DNA of 57,691 bases from Folioceros fuciformis (GCA_049999805.1 JBNGIO010006303.1:201775-259465), one strand, 5' to 3'. Positions 23,112-36,253 are shown, counted from the first letter of the stretch. Notes: generated by a model from the letters alone, not told the origin. Made by a program: numbers and translations.

Positions 23112-25583
23112 TCACATTCCGGACGACAATGACGAACGTCTGGACCAAGATGATGCCAGGTGGCCGTCTTGTAGAGTGGTTGATGACACTTCAGAACTTG
23201 CGTCTACATTATGGTCGGGTGTGTTCACTTCCATCATATCCGTGCTGTCTGCGCCGTCCAGACTGGGCCGCTCCAGGAACTCCTGGTGTTCCCTGACAGA
23301 CAGCTTCTTCAGTCCTTGTATGTCATCGTTGGGATCTTTTTGATGCTTCGCAAGTGCTAGCATGCGTCCGACTTCCTTCATGTCTGGCCTGTCAGTTGGG
23401 GACTCGCTGGTGCAAAGAAGTGCTACCCTGAGCACCCGGAGCATTTCATCCCTGTCTAAAGGCGAGGCACCTTGTAGCTTGAAGTCCAAGACTTTGGTGA
23501 GGTCGTTTTTATGTTTGACGTTCCCGTTAACCCAATCCACCATGCTAGTTCCCTGCCGAAAGTCGGGGCCATTGGGTGTCCTCCCTGTCAAAAGCTCCAG
23601 CAGCACCACACCGAAGCTGTATACATCACTCTTGGTGCTCACTCTCTTGCTGTATCCATGCTCTGCCCAGCCGGCAGAATCCTGGATGAGTTTATGAGCT
23701 CAACTGGAGCATAGGTATTGAAGAATTGTAGGCAGCCTTGTTCAGCAATTTAAGATGAGGTAGGTTCACGAATTTGCTTACCAGGGGCAATGTAGCCAAA
23801 GGAGCCAGCGATGCCTGACAAGAGTGCTGCAGAGTCGGCGCCGTCAATGAGTTTTGCAAGCCCGAAGTCAGTGATGTAGGGCTCCATGCTGGAGTCGAGA
23901 AGAATGTTGTTGGTCTTGACATCTCGGTGCACGATGGGAGGCACGCAGTAGTGATGCAGGTGAGCCAAGCTCTTGGCTGTGCCCACTGCGATTTTGAGCC
24001 TCGTGTCCCAGTCCAGAGTCAAGTTGATGCAAAGGGATCCGGAGGTGTTGCTGTGCCTGCTGTGGAGGATGTCTCCCACACTTCCATTAGGCATGTAGTC
24101 ATACATGATGAAGGCTTGGGTCTGGTCAAAGCAGTACCCGATCATCCTCACAATGTGCCTATGTCTGACCAAAGCTGCAGTCTCTACCTCCGCGGTGAAG
24201 CTGTTGACAAGAGGGAATCGCAGCTGCAATGTCTTCACTGCCAAAACCTGTCCTGACGACATGATGGCTTTGTACACGGTTCCATACCCGCCCTTCCCTA
24301 TCACCGTCTCGCTGCTCAGGTTGTGCGTGGCTTCCATGATGTCGGATATGGTGATGCTGGTGATGTTGGTGGTGGCGGTGGTGTTGACCCTGTGGCTCGC
24401 AGAAGCACTAGAGTGCAGCGCCCCGCCAGTCTCCTCGTCTGGGCTATTACCTGGGCAGCAGCGATGGTACAGACACAAGTATGCCCCAATGAGCATCAAG
24501 GTGGTTCCCAAGAGGCCCACTCCACCTAACAATCCAGTTAGAGTACCCCTGCTCAGATGCAGTTCTCTGCCAACCACGACCGAAGTGCGCACCGTACAAG
24601 CGGGGAGAGCCCCACCACAGAGTTCTTGGTTGTCAGCAAAGGTCATGGCTGCAGCTACCTGCGTGGAGATGGAGATGGGAGGGAAGCCAGCAACCGGCGC
24701 GGAGTCCCAGTCGGTGAGAGACGATTGACACCAGGACGGAGAATCAGCGGGGAATGCGTCCTACAAGATTGTCATCCGGCAATTCAAGCAGCCGCAAGGC
24801 GCTAAGGCTGCCGAATCCTGGTGGAATCAGTACGGACAGATTGTTCCAGCTCTGAGTCAGGTGAAGCGAAATTCGCAAGCTTCCGACATCGCCTAGCACC
24901 TCCAGTGGGATGGCTCCGCGCGGAAATTTCCCTTCAATTGCAGCTCTACAAGGCTCTGCAACCCTCCAACATACGCAGGAACAACACGTTTCAGCAAATT
25001 GTCCTGGAGTCGGAGCCGTTGAAGGAGAGGCAGGCTGAAGACGTGCCGCACGTCGGCAGGGATGCTCTCCGGCAACCTCCTGTTCCCTCCCAGACCAAGG
25101 TATGCTACGCGGTGGCGATGCAGGCCCTGCACAAGCCGGGTCGGGATCTCACCTGTGATCCCGTGGTACAAGAAGGCATGGAGTCTCCGCAGCCGTGCGG
25201 CCTCGCCCAGCTCCTGGATCAACGGAATTTCGATCTCCTTTCGCGGACAGTCGTGCCCCAAGTGCGGATTGCTAAGGCTGGAGCACAGACCTAATTGAGC
25301 AGTACTGGGCCCTCCCAAGGCGCTGAAGCTCCCATCCAGCTGCTGCACCACATCGCTGGGACCGCGTGAGCAGCACATAGAGGGAAGGGATCCAGTCCCC
25401 AGATGGAGGTACAGGCGGATGTGACGCAGCCGGGCGCAGCTGCAAATTCCGCGAAATTCTCAATCCTTGCCCTCACTGGATAGATCTAGCGCACGCAACT
25501 CCTCTCCTCTGTAGCAAAGAGCAGCAGGTGTAGCAAATCTTCTCGTCCACCTCCTCGAGCACGGCGTTCAGCCGGGCCCCCAT
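23112..25583 (-). pseudogene. LRR-XI-like (GSO/SGN3-like) receptor kinase: intact TM and kinase, disrupted LRR ectodomain
   Basis: Open 24646-23782 plus 23662-23112 (intron 23663-23781): NQELCG cap, TM helix, DIMEATHNLS, GKGGYG, LAVK, HRDVKTNN, DFG, GYIAPE, KSDVYSFG. Upstream LRR remnants (LQRLRLQDNLLKRVVP, LQSLVELQLKGN, NNLSVLIPPGFGSL) are split over frames by frameshifts and stops. Confidence 0.8.
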
Positions 25584-26359
25584 CGCTGGGGAATATTACC
25601 GCTCAACTGATTTTCGTACATCCCGAACAGAACAGTGAAAAAACACCGGGCGACCGGGCGATTCGACAGCGATTTCTCTCCTTAGCCGGTTGGAGCTCAG
25701 ACCCGGCGTCAGCGCAGCCGTGCGGCCTGCAAAATGAAATGGAGCAGGGAGACGAGATGGAAGGAATGCAATCGGACGCGCTTTCTTCATGGAATTAAAG
25801 TGGGAGGTTCGGCAAGCAACCAGCCAGCCAGCCAGCCAGCCAGCCTGAGCCAGCCTCTCTGCGGCACGAGGATGCGCGTTGTGGAGGAGCTCTGCCGCTG
25901 ACGAAGGCGCGTTGCATCGTACAGACTCGAGTCTCTTGGTTTCTTGTCGGTGCGGACTGCGGACTGCGGGCTGGGAGTGAGCTGACTACAGTCCACGCCC
26001 CGCGAAGAGTGGACTCAGCCAGATTCTGTAGACCGCCTCTGGGCATGTCGGAACAGATTCTGGCGCAACTGTCATCTCTCTCAGAGCTGGTCTGGTCTGT
26101 CATCCGGATCACTGGGCTTTTGTGCCCTCACCTTATCAGATTTCTTTACAATAAGATTGAATCTGGAACAAAATATTCTTCAAATATTTCTACCACGAAG
26201 CAGAAACCTAATATCCCCATTGAGATGTCGCTTGCCACGTTTTTCCTTGCGGGGTGTTTATGACTTTAGGGTTTTATTTGGTATCTTTTGTATGGGTCCT
26301 AACATTTAGATATGGGTTGATGGGGACTGAATAATCAAGCATCCTAATGGCTGGAGCGG

Positions 26360-27816
26360 TTAGATGGGGTGCCGTCCAAGCCCTTGCTCGACATACCCAG
26401 CAATAAGGGCACCCCGTGTCACCACATCCTTGGTGACCATGCTGTCAAAAACTTGGCGTGCATCTTTCAAAGTCACCATATTTTGCATTGAATTCCATGT
26501 CACCGCGTCCTTCGTGGCCATTCTGTCAAAAACATGGCGTGCATCTTGCAGTACACCACATCTAGCATACAAGTCCACCAGGCAGTTACCCACCACTACA
26601 CGTTATCCAGCAGTCCTCTTTGGACAGTCTGTGAGTGCGACTGCCTGCCCTTGCGTAAGGCACCAGTGCTTGCACAGCCACCTTCACAAGGCAAGCAAAA
26701 GTAACACGGTCAGCCAAAATCAGCCCCTCCTGCTCCAGTTGTCCATGCAGGGCAAGCACCTCTTCGCCGAACGCTTGCTCAGCATACCCGGCTATCCGGG
26801 TGGTCCAAGTCACCACATCCTTGGTGTTCATGCTGTGAGAACCCTGGAGTGTGGCTTCCAGTTCACCACGTTTTGGACACTTGTCCACCACGCAGTTGCC
26901 CAGCACCACGTTATCCAGATATCCTCTTTCGACAATCTGTGAATGCAGCTGCCTGCCCTTCTGTACGGCACCAGTGCTTGCACAGGCACCTTCACGAGGC
27001 AAGCAAAAGTAACAAGATTAGCCAAAATCAGCCCCTTCTGCTCCATTTGTCCATACAATGCAAGAGCCTCATGCCCGAGCCCTTGCTGGGAATACCAGCA
27101 ACCAGCACACTCCGTGTCACCATATATCCTTTGTGGCCCTGGTGTCAAAAACCTGGGGTGCGTATGTCAGTTTCCACGTTTTGCATACACGTGTACCAGG
27201 CACTTGCCAAGAAACAAGGTAGTAGGAATACCACTCTGAACCACATCACAGCGCGCTTGTCTGCCAGATTCCAAGTCCGGAGCTAACGCACACGCTTGAA
27301 GGACAGCTACACAGATCTGGGCATCCGACTTCACTCCTGACCTACCCATCTCATGAAGCACTTGTACAGCCTCCTTAAGGGGTTTCCCATGCTAGGCGTA
27401 TGCAGAGATCATGGAAGACCACATGAAGGCATCCGGTTTGCCCACTCTCGTGAAAGCATCCATGGCCTCATCTAGCCTACCTCCACACGCATACATCCGC
27501 AATATATGGTTCCACACGTATGCATCCCACTCGTACCTGAGTTCGACAGCGAGGTCATGAGCTCGTCGCCAACAACCAAATCCTTCTTAGCTGTACACAG
27601 TTTCAGCACAGTGCGAAACAGAGGCTGAGAGTTCATGTGTGCCAGACATCCCAGAGCTCCAACGGCCTCAGAAATCTTCCCCTGCTGACGTAAAATGCTC
27701 ACGGTTAAGGCAGCACCCACGCCCATTTCCGATGCTGCACGCCTGCCAGGTTCAGGCTTATCCTGAGAGCTGGACTCGGAAGGAGAGGCACCATAACCCA
27801 TCTGCATATCCCACAA
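26360..27816 (-). pseudogene. PLS-class pentatricopeptide repeat pseudogene
   Basis: PPR motifs in alternating frames: AQICVAVLQACA, FLGKCLVHVYAKRG, VTFACLVK, GRQLHSQIVERG, VGNCLVDLYARCGVLQDARHVFDRM, KDAVTWNSM. Multiple frameshifts; no E/DYW domain visible. Confidence 0.88.
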
Positions 27817-28331
27817 TGAGCTGCTCCTTAACCCAGCTGGCTAGAACATGGCGTTTAACCACAGGGCCTCGCCGAACCCCTTCCCTCGGACGTCAGGCGA
27901 ACTGGAGCTCTTCTTATCTCGTCTGCAGTCCCGCCACACGGTAAGGTCCAGAAAAAATTGTTGCCACAAGTGCACCTGCTTCTGGCGACGACCATCCTGG
28001 GAACCTCCCTCGTCCCAAGTGACTCCAAACCTCAAGTTGTAGAGGACAAAGTTTGTCATTCAGGCTTGATCGATGGAAGATTGTTTACCAGTCTGGACTT
28101 GTAAAGTCTTCATAAAATTCCTCTTCGTGCTCGTTCATGCTGGTAATATTCGATCAACGCCGGCTTGGGCTACATAACACATCTAACTAAAGATGTAGGG
28201 CAGTTTCTTGTGCCTGCTATAACGACACGTCCGCAGAGAGGACAAGGAAAACAAGAAAACTCGTAGGTTACAGGCGGCTGCCCGCAGCTTCATAGGGCCG
28301 CAAACGTTCAGCAGCCTTCGCTTTGATTGGA

Positions 28332-31315
28332 ATGGGTTCCAGGGGAAATGGGGATGGACAAGAGAGTAGTTCCCGCGGAAGCAGACGCAACAGTGCCCGA
28401 AGAAGGAAGAATTGCGTAGATGCTAGAGGGTCGGGCCTGGCAGAGGTACAAGGGGAGCGGGAGGAGTATGGAGAGGAGAGAGCCAGCACCGCAGGATTTG
28501 GAGACGATATCCTTGCTCAAGTTTTTGCTCTCTTCTCTACTCGACAACTGCTGTCGAAATTGGCACTTGTTTGTCGTCGGTGGAGGCGCCTCTCCAACGG
28601 CATGGTACAATGGCGTTCTGGACCTGCTTCAACTGTGTCTGTCCGCTCACTTGTGTGAACCTCATCTCGTTGAAGGGCTTGTCCAACAGTTGTGTTGCTG
28701 GTGTGTGTGGCAGGTTACCGAATTGTTACCTCCTGGCGTGGGGAGCCCAAGTAAACGGGACCCTTTCTGGGTATGCCGTTTTGCTGACATGGAACTCTAT
28801 GTATGTAGTTTACGGGTTTGTCTGTAGGTTGTAGACGGTGCTGAATCGCATGCCCGCGTGTAGGCAACTCCACAACGTGTGCTGGAGCTTCTGAAACGCT
28901 ATGAGGCAACCTTGGAGAGAATAGAGCTTTGTGGGTACGTGCATCCCTATAGAAGTTCTTCATGTTGTATCTGTCGGTAAATTATTGAGTCAGGGTTTAA
29001 GGGCGGCGTGTGTTGACTGTGCAGCTTGCAATGGCCGAAAGTGGACGATGTGGCAAGCATAATATCAAGTCTGCCCAAGCTGAAAGATTTGACCATCAGC
29101 CCCTGGTGGTTGGTAGCTTGTATTGACGTGGTCAATATTGCCAAAGCGCTTCCGCAGCAGCTCATCAGTCTTGACCTTCATCGGGAGCCATGTATGCCAG
29201 GCCTGCATCCTCCCGTGGTCAATGATCAGTTCCTCCTGGAACTGCAGCAAAGGTGTATTTTGCTACAGAAGCTTAATCTGGATGGTCATAAAATCATAAC
29301 CTGGCAAGGATTGGACGGTGTCGTTGGAGCATGTCCAATGTTGACCTATCTAGATGTGGAGAGTGAGGTCTTGGGTTGGCCAGAGGTTCACAGCATTTTA
29401 AGACAATGCAAATCGTTAAAGCACTTGTCAGTCGTGTCTCCACCTCTTGGCGACGTTGCTGTTATTGATTCTCTGGCTGGTAGTATTGTCCAGCCTGGGA
29501 GAAGGTCGGGTTTTCGCAGCAGGGAAAGAGCAGCTTCAACTGCAATTGAAGACTTGAATATTGTGGAGGATGTTTCCCTGCCACCCTTTCTATCATCTTT
29601 GCGGCTGTACACGTCGTCATATCGCTCAGTAGATCTTTATTATCTTCAAGCGCTTGGGCTTCTGAAAAAATCTGGCCATCAGTTGCGTCATCTGCATGCC
29701 CAAGGGCTTTTCAACTCGAGCTGGCAGGCGATATCGATTTGGTGCCTGAACCTTGTGTCACTGGACTTGTCACATCCTAAGTATCATTCGAGGGGGCTCA
29801 CTGAGGTATTTCTCTCAACTCTATTGGACTATTTTCTTGAGCTTTGATGAAGACACTGTCGTACCCCTGGTGGGACTCGTTTTTTGTCGTTCTTGGGGGA
29901 TACCTCATGAAGCCTGCGTTTGTCAATGTACAAACTTGTTGCAGATCGAGGAGGTTGTGCTCAGGGGACTTGTACAGCTTCTTAAGCATCTCAAAAGACT
30001 GGCGCTGCCTTCAGCAACAGACCGCATTCTCAGTGAGCTTGGGCGCTGGTGCCCTAAACTCCAGGAATTGCGGTTCCAGGTAGTGTGCAGTGTTTACAAC
30101 TCGGCTGATGTTCATTGATGGAGGGTTTTTTTGAGGTTCATAGACTGTGTTTTTGTGCATTTATGTTGCAATTTGGAGACTATGGCATCTACACCTGGCG
30201 GCTGGATGTTTAGGCTGGTTGTTTGATATTTGCAACCTCAGGGCCATTACCTCCACTCTCGAAGAAGTTGCTTGCACCATCGATCCATAGTGACAAACCA
30301 TGGAATTATTCAGCTATCTGAAGGTTGCCCTGATTTGCGTGTTCTGAGTTTGGCTGGCTGCGAAAACATGACCATTAGTTCCGCCCGGTAGGTTCCTCTC
30401 CTGTGTTGTCTGCAACACATGACCCAGGTGAAAAACATGTTCCCGCTTACAAGCTTCCTCTGAAGCAATCTCAGCCTTAGATATGTGACTTTTTTTTTCT
30501 TTTTCACGCACAGGAGTTTAACGTTTCATTGCAAAGTTTTGGAGGAGTTGTACCTGTTTGGGTGTGCCAATCTCACTGACGACGGCGTTAAAGCACTTTT
30601 GCCTCTCATGTGCAAGTCGCTAGTTGCACTTGATCTTTCCAAATGCTCGAGGGTAACCCCTGACATTTTCACCATCATTTTGCAGGCTTCAAAGGTCTGG
30701 CTCTCCTCCCCTCACCTTTTTCGCTGACCAGAGCTCAGTGACATGTATAGACGTAAGAGTTTTGTCAGTGGGGCTCATTCCTTTCTTGGGTTGGTGTGCA
30801 GTCACAGAATCTGTCCCTGCGCATGCTCGCAGTCTCCCCGCATCTCAACATACAGTACCTGTTTGATTTTCGAGAGCAATTCGAAGAGCTGCTGCCTTCC
30901 TTTCGAGTTGTACCCGGTTATTGCTGGGAAGGCTTTTATTATGCCCGGTAACTTTCCGTGTCCTGAATGGGTTGATGTAGAGAGCTAGGCCCTCGTCTCA
31001 AGGGTCCGAGAGGTTAAGTAGCCCCGTGGCGTCTTTTCGCTACTGTGTCCACATGTATTTGAACCAGAAGCTGCTGGAAAGCCAGCGCGTGTGTCGTCTG
31101 AAGGGCTGGAAGAGGAACGAACAATTGGCAGAGGATTCCCGGAGGGGAATGAGTTCCCGACGACAGAACTGCAACTCAACTCGGCCTGGGCAAGCGTGAC
31201 CACTGTTTGTTCTAGCTGTGCAAGAATCGTACACGGAACAGTAGATACTTCGCACCATGTTCCAGAAGAGGTGCCGTGGACAGCACATTCCAGCTGTACA
31301 GACAAGCATCCTTAA
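28332..31315 (+). CDS. F-box/LRR-repeat (FBXL-like) protein, multi-exon
   Basis: F-box FGDDILAQVFALFSTRQLLSKLALVCRRWRRL in exon 1 (28332-28604); Cys-containing LRRs CILLQKLNLDG, CPMLTYLDV, CPKLQELRF, CPDLRVLSLAGC, CKVLEELYLFGCANLTDDG, LVALDLSKC. Frame and stop of the last exon ambiguous (about 31020-31315). Confidence 0.85.
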
Positions 31316-32100
31316 CGTTTGTATCGTCAGGAAATGAGCATACTGGGAGTGTTTTCTGTTTGTAGGGGCGCGCGCACCACGGGGTGCATTGCCAGCTAAT
31401 TCCATCGCCTCTGCCAGGACTCATGGCTGGCACTGACCTCCAGGACCTGCGCCTGGGCGAGGGCCATGCGGACAGTGGTTTTGGACCAGCCAACCAGACA
31501 GCCAGCCAGCCGGCCAGCGGAGAAGTAGATGATGAGCTAGGTTGGTGGAGCCGGACTGGACTGTTAGAAGCCGCGCTGGTGTGCAAGGCGTGTGACGAAG
31601 CACGAGCCCAAGGAAAGTGTGACCTGTCTATACGCATGTATGTCGTAGCTTGCAGCTCCTCCAGCATCATTCCAGTACAACTACTACAACGCTACTTTCG
31701 CCTACAAGGCTCATGGCACTCCCAGATACAAGACCCACCATGCCAGGAGGCAAAACTCAGGATAGAACCACCCTACAAGAAGCTGTTACAAGTGGAATCT
31801 CTCAGCGCAGCCGTTTTGTCATCCCAGAGACATAAATACAAGTCAGGCAGGCACCTAGTGCATCATGCGTCACATTTGTGTGTAGGATTAAAGAATTGTA
31901 TTGACAGTTGGAAGCTGGCTGCTACCCTGTCCTGTTGCGACAATGTGAGACAGACACCTAATGGCAGCAGACTCTGACTGTAGATAGAGAATAAGCTGAG
32001 CTCCGGAGACGCGCAAAACCCCATCCCTGTTGCGGTGACGAAGCCAAAAGAAACGGGTTTACAGCCAACAACCAACACCAGCACCGATGGGCTGCGCTTA

Positions 32101-34221
32101 TTAGCTGTGATAGGAGGCCGAATGGGTGAAAGATTCGGAAGCCTCCGATCCGGGAGTGTAAAGCTCCGGTCTGTCGAATTCACGGGACTTGTCATCCGAC
32201 TTGTCATAGGATCTGGCGGCATCGTCCGACTCCAGAGGCCTGATCTCCTCCAGCATTTTCACAACCTGGCGCATTTTCGGTCTCTGGTCGGGTGCTGTGG
32301 CCACGCAAGCCATTGCGATCTGCAGCATTTGCACCATTTCCTCTTCGATGTTCTGGTACCTCATCAGCTCCAAGTCGAACACCTCCGCAGTCCACTCTTC
32401 ACGGACCACAGACTGCACCCACCGCGGCAGATCAATGCCTTCATCGTTGAGAGACGACTGCGTGGGCGCCTTCCCTGTGAGCAACTCCAGCAGCAGCACG
32501 CCGAAGCTGTACACGTCTGCCCTCTGCGTCACCTTACGCGTCTCCGTCACCTCGGGAGCCCTGTATCCGACAACGCGAGAAGCGGACGGGGAGGAGCTGA
32601 GGAGCTGCACCAGGCCGAAGTCCGACACGCAGGCCTCGAAATTCCTGTTTAGAAGAATGTTGGAGGACTTGATGTTGCCGTGCGTGAATTTGGAGCTGCC
32701 TGCCTCGTCATGCAGGTAGGCTATACCTCTGGCCGATCCCAGGGCAATCCGCACGCGCGACACCCAGTCCAGAGGCGTGCGTCCTGCGCCTCTGTTTCCT
32801 GTGTGATGCCAGAGCGAGAGAGGGCAGCAAAACAGACACACATACTTGAGAACAAGCGAAACGCCGTAAACAGAAGGAATGAAGGGAGGGAAGGAAGGCA
32901 CTTGCTTACCGTGGAGCAGTGCAGACAGGCTGCCCATGGGCAGATAATCGTAAACCAGTAGCTTCTCGTCCCTGGAGTAGTAGTAGGCGCGCAGAGGCAC
33001 CAGGTTGGGATGATGCAGCCTGCCTACCATCTCGATGTGATGCTCGAATTCCCTGGGCCCAGTACTTACATCCTTGAGCCGCTTCACGGCCACGATAGAT
33101 CCATCCTCCAGAACAGCCTTGTAGGCAGTTCCGACGCTCCCCTTCCCCAACACTTCGGCAGACGCCCTCAGCAAGTCCTCCAAGTCGAAGTTGAAGCGCT
33201 TACCTTCGAAGAAAACGAGCTTGTTCCGTTCAGGCTCCTGGATGGAACTGTAGGAATCATCCTTGAACTCCTCCGACTTGTACGCCTTGTCCTTAAACAA
33301 ATCCTTGGTCACGCCAGCAGACACAGCCTCCCCGTCACTCTTCCGCCTCCAGTACCAGCACAAGAGGGCCGCGGTGACGACCAGAATAAAGAGTGCATTC
33401 CCGACTATGATGGCCACAACGGCACCCACAGAAATCCTGGACTTCTTCCCCTTAACTGCTAGTGAGGGCGAGACAGCGGTAGCGGGACAGGGATTTCCCG
33501 ACGAAAGCCCGCAGATAAAGGGGTTCCCGACGAAAGCAGCCTCCCCAAACTTGTCCAGCAGAGCCCGATCCACCGCGCCGGTGAGATTATTGTTGGCCAG
33601 GCTGAGATTCAGCAGCCCAGTAAGGGCGCCGATGGTGGGCACGGGCCCCTGCAGCGAATTGTTCTGCAGAAACAGCGTCTTAAGCTTGGTGAGCTGGTCG
33701 ATGGACGGCGGCACATCCCCGGAGAAGGCATTGAACGACAGGTCGAGATGCACCAGCGCACGCCAGTTGCCCAAATCCGGAAGCGGCCCGCTGAGCCGGT
33801 TGTCCTGCAGATAAAGAGCCCGCAGCCTGGTGCAATTGGCCAGGTCGGAGGGCAAGGCCCCTGTGAGCCCGTTCTTCCGCAGGCTCACCACCCGCAACTG
33901 GTTGATGACCCCGAGCGTCCCCGGCGGAATGGTCCCCAGGATCCCCGCCCCGGGCTGCCGTACCTCCTGCACCCGCCCGTTCTGCGCGTCACACTTGATC
34001 CCCGGCCAGAGGCAGGTGTTCACCGTCGGGTCCCAGGGCAAAAACGTCTTGGCAGGATCGACCGCATCTCTAAACGTGAGCAGAGCAACGGTGTCCGTGG
34101 TGAGCGATCCGTCCTGCTGATCCTGGCCGGACCCGAAACCGAAAAATGCGCCCAGGAGCAGTAGAGCGAGCACCGGCAGGGCCGCCTCCTGCCTTCCTCC
34201 CATTTGCCGCAGCCGCCGCAT
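32101..34221 (-). CDS. LRR-III atypical (probably inactive) receptor-like kinase, RLK902/RKL1-like
   Basis: Signal peptide, LRRNT (WDPTVNTCLWPGIKC), 5 LRRs, TM, KLVFFEG...FDLEDLLRASAEVLGKGSVGTAYKA, HGNIKSSN in place of HRD, GYRAPE, DLPRWVQSVVREEWTAEVFD. Single intron 32799-32909. Start at 34221 or 34203. Confidence 0.95.
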   Translation of the reverse strand: MRRLRQMGGRQEAALPVLALLLLGAFFGFGSGQDQQDGSLTTDTVALLTFRDAVDPAKTFLPWDPTVNTCLWPGIKCDAQNGRVQEVRQPGAGILGTIPPGTLGVINQLRVVSLRKNGLTGALPSDLANCTRLRALYLQDNRLSGPLPDLGNWRALVHLDLSFNAFSGDVPPSIDQLTKLKTLFLQNNSLQGPVPTIGALTGLLNLSLANNNLTGAVDRALLDKFGEAAFVGNPFICGLSSGNPCPATAVSPSLAVKGKKSRISVGAVVAIIVGNALFILVVTAALLCWYWRRKSDGEAVSAGVTKDLFKDKAYKSEEFKDDSYSSIQEPERNKLVFFEGKRFNFDLEDLLRASAEVLGKGSVGTAYKAVLEDGSIVAVKRLKDVSTGPREFEHHIEMVGRLHHPNLVPLRAYYYSRDEKLLVYDYLPMGSLSALLHGKQVPSFPPFIPSVYGVSLVLKYVCLFCCPLSLWHHTGNRGAGRTPLDWVSRVRIALGSARGIAYLHDEAGSSKFTHGNIKSSNILLNRNFEACVSDFGLVQLLSSSPSASRVVGYRAPEVTETRKVTQRADVYSFGVLLLELLTGKAPTQSSLNDEGIDLPRWVQSVVREEWTAEVFDLELMRYQNIEEEMVQMLQIAMACVATAPDQRPKMRQVVKMLEEIRPLESDDAARSYDKSDDKSREFDRPELYTPGSEASESFTHSASYHS

Positions 34222-35736
34222 GGCCCCGTCCCCAACTCGCCCAAGCAAACGCACGCACACAAGGCAAACTCTTTTTGTCACACACTTTTCACAAAACCCT
34301 GGCCTCACCCTTACCCTCGCCACACCAGTTTGCGCAACACTGCATGGCGCACCTCTCGTCTCCTCTTCTGCCCTGTGCCCTGCCCCGCCTTCCCTTGTCA
34401 CTCAACTGCCGCTCCCGACCTGTCCTCCTGCCGGCAGATCTCCCATTCCATCGCGTGGCGGAGGTCGCGGGCAGGAGACGTGCGTGCTCCCTGTCCCCTC
34501 CACTCGCCAAGCCCCCGGCACTGTTCACCTTGGGGCTGTTGACACACACAGGTCGCGCACTGAGAGCTCGCTTTACCTTTTTTTCCTTTGCCCTTCCCTT
34601 CCCTTCCACTCCCCTTTCGCGTCCGCGGGCGTGGCTAGCCCGCTTCCATGCTCAGGAAGACGCCGNNNNNNNNNNNNNNNNNNNNNNNNNNNNNNNNNNN
34701 NNNNNNNNNNNNNNNNNNNNNNNNNNNNNNNNNNNNNNNNNNNNNNNNNNNNNNNNNNNNNNNNNCGAGGACGATGGAGGCAACAAAGAAGGGGAGGACG
34801 CTGTGGCACCGCGGCAAAGCTCGGCCGCGGGAAGGAAGGGGACGGAGGAAGCTGCCCGAGCGCAGACCAGACCAGACCAGACCAGGCCAGACCAGAGAGC
34901 AGAACAGGGCTATGGGAGCTGATGAGCAGCGAGCAGGTTCCGGGTAGCAGGCCGGCCAATGAGCATGGGGATGGTGCAATCGGGGGAAGACGGAGGCCGA
35001 GACCCGGGCCCGCGACAGAGCTGCCAGCGGTGAAGCAGGGGCGAAAGTGGCGCAACTCAACGTTAACGACGGTGGCAAGCTCCGTCATGATGCTCGGGAG
35101 TCGGGAATGGTGGCAGGCAGCGCGGGCGCCCGTTACCCTGAACTCCGCGCTTTTTTAATTTCCGGGGTCCGGGTTCAGGTCAGCCAGTCGTNNNNNNNNN
35201 NNNNNNNNNNNNNNNNNNNNNNNNNNNNNNNNNNNNNNNNNNNNNNNNNNNNNNNNNNNNNNNNNNNNNNNNNNNNNNNNNNNNNNNNNNNNNNNNNNNN
35301 NNNNNNNNNNNNNNNNNNNNNNNNNNNNNNNNNNNNNNNNNNNNNNNNNNNNNNNNNNNNNNNNNNNNNNNNNNNNNNNNNNNNNNNNNNNNNNNNNNNN
35401 NNNNNNNNNNNNNNNNNNNNNNNNNNNNNNNNNNNNNNNNNNNNNNNNNNNNNNNNNNNNNNNNNNNNNNNNNNNNNNNNNNNNNNNNNNNNNNNNNNNN
35501 NNNNNNNNNNNNNNNNNNNNNNNNNNNNNNNNNNNNNNNNNNNNNNNNNNNNNNNNNNNNNNNNNNNNNNNNNNNNNNNNNNNNNNNNNNNCACCACCAC
35601 ATACAGTACATAATTAACTTCCTGACCGTTGCTCTCCGGTCACGTCGGTGTCGCACAACGGGAATTCCCAAGTCCCCGCTTACCTGGGGACTCACTCGTC
35701 AGTCGGGCTTGCGGGGCCCGCCAACCCCCTTCCCTG

Positions 35737-35766
35737 CCTAAACCCTAGAAACCCAAACCCTAAACC
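35737..35766 (+). repeat. degenerate plant telomere-like repeats / telo-box (CCCTAAA orientation)
   Basis: CCTAAACCCTAGAAACCCAAACCCTAAACC. Confidence 0.65.
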
Positions 35767-36078
35767 AGGACCCGGCGTGCCAGCTCTGCTCTGCTCTCCT
35801 TTTCGTCTCCTGTCCTCTCCTCTCCTCTCGTCTCTGCACGGCCTGCAGGCCATCTGCGCGGCGATGCTTTCCAATCGATGCTTGCAGGGCCTGCAGGCAG
35901 TAGTAGGCTGCAGGCTTGCCAGCCACACCTCCTTGTCCCGCTCTCTTGGCGCGCCACCTGCTGCCATGCCAGCTATCACCAAACCACGCCTTTTCCCACT
36001 ACACTTTCGGCAGCCGGATGTGCAGCCATTTGTCCGGCGGAGTACGATTCCCAGACCGCACGCCTTGCCTAACTCTTT

Positions 36079-36253
36079 CTTTCATGCTTTGTGGAGGACG
36101 GATATGGATCAGCGCTATCCATTAGAGAACACCTCGTCAAGTTCTCCTCACGGCTTTCACAGCAAGAGATCCGCACGCCTAGCTTACCCTCCCTTTCATG
36201 CACTAGAGAGGACGGATATGGATCAGCGCCATCCATTCGGGAACACCTCGTCC
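36079..36253. repeat. ~60-bp dispersed duplication about 113 bp apart
   Basis: CTTTCATGC....GAGGACGGATATGGATCAGCGC.ATCCATT.G.GAACACCTCGTC occurs twice. Confidence 0.8.

Noticed and set aside
34146-35695. Long ORFs spanning N runs
   Set aside because: Artefacts of assembly gaps and GC-rich UTR or promoter sequence.
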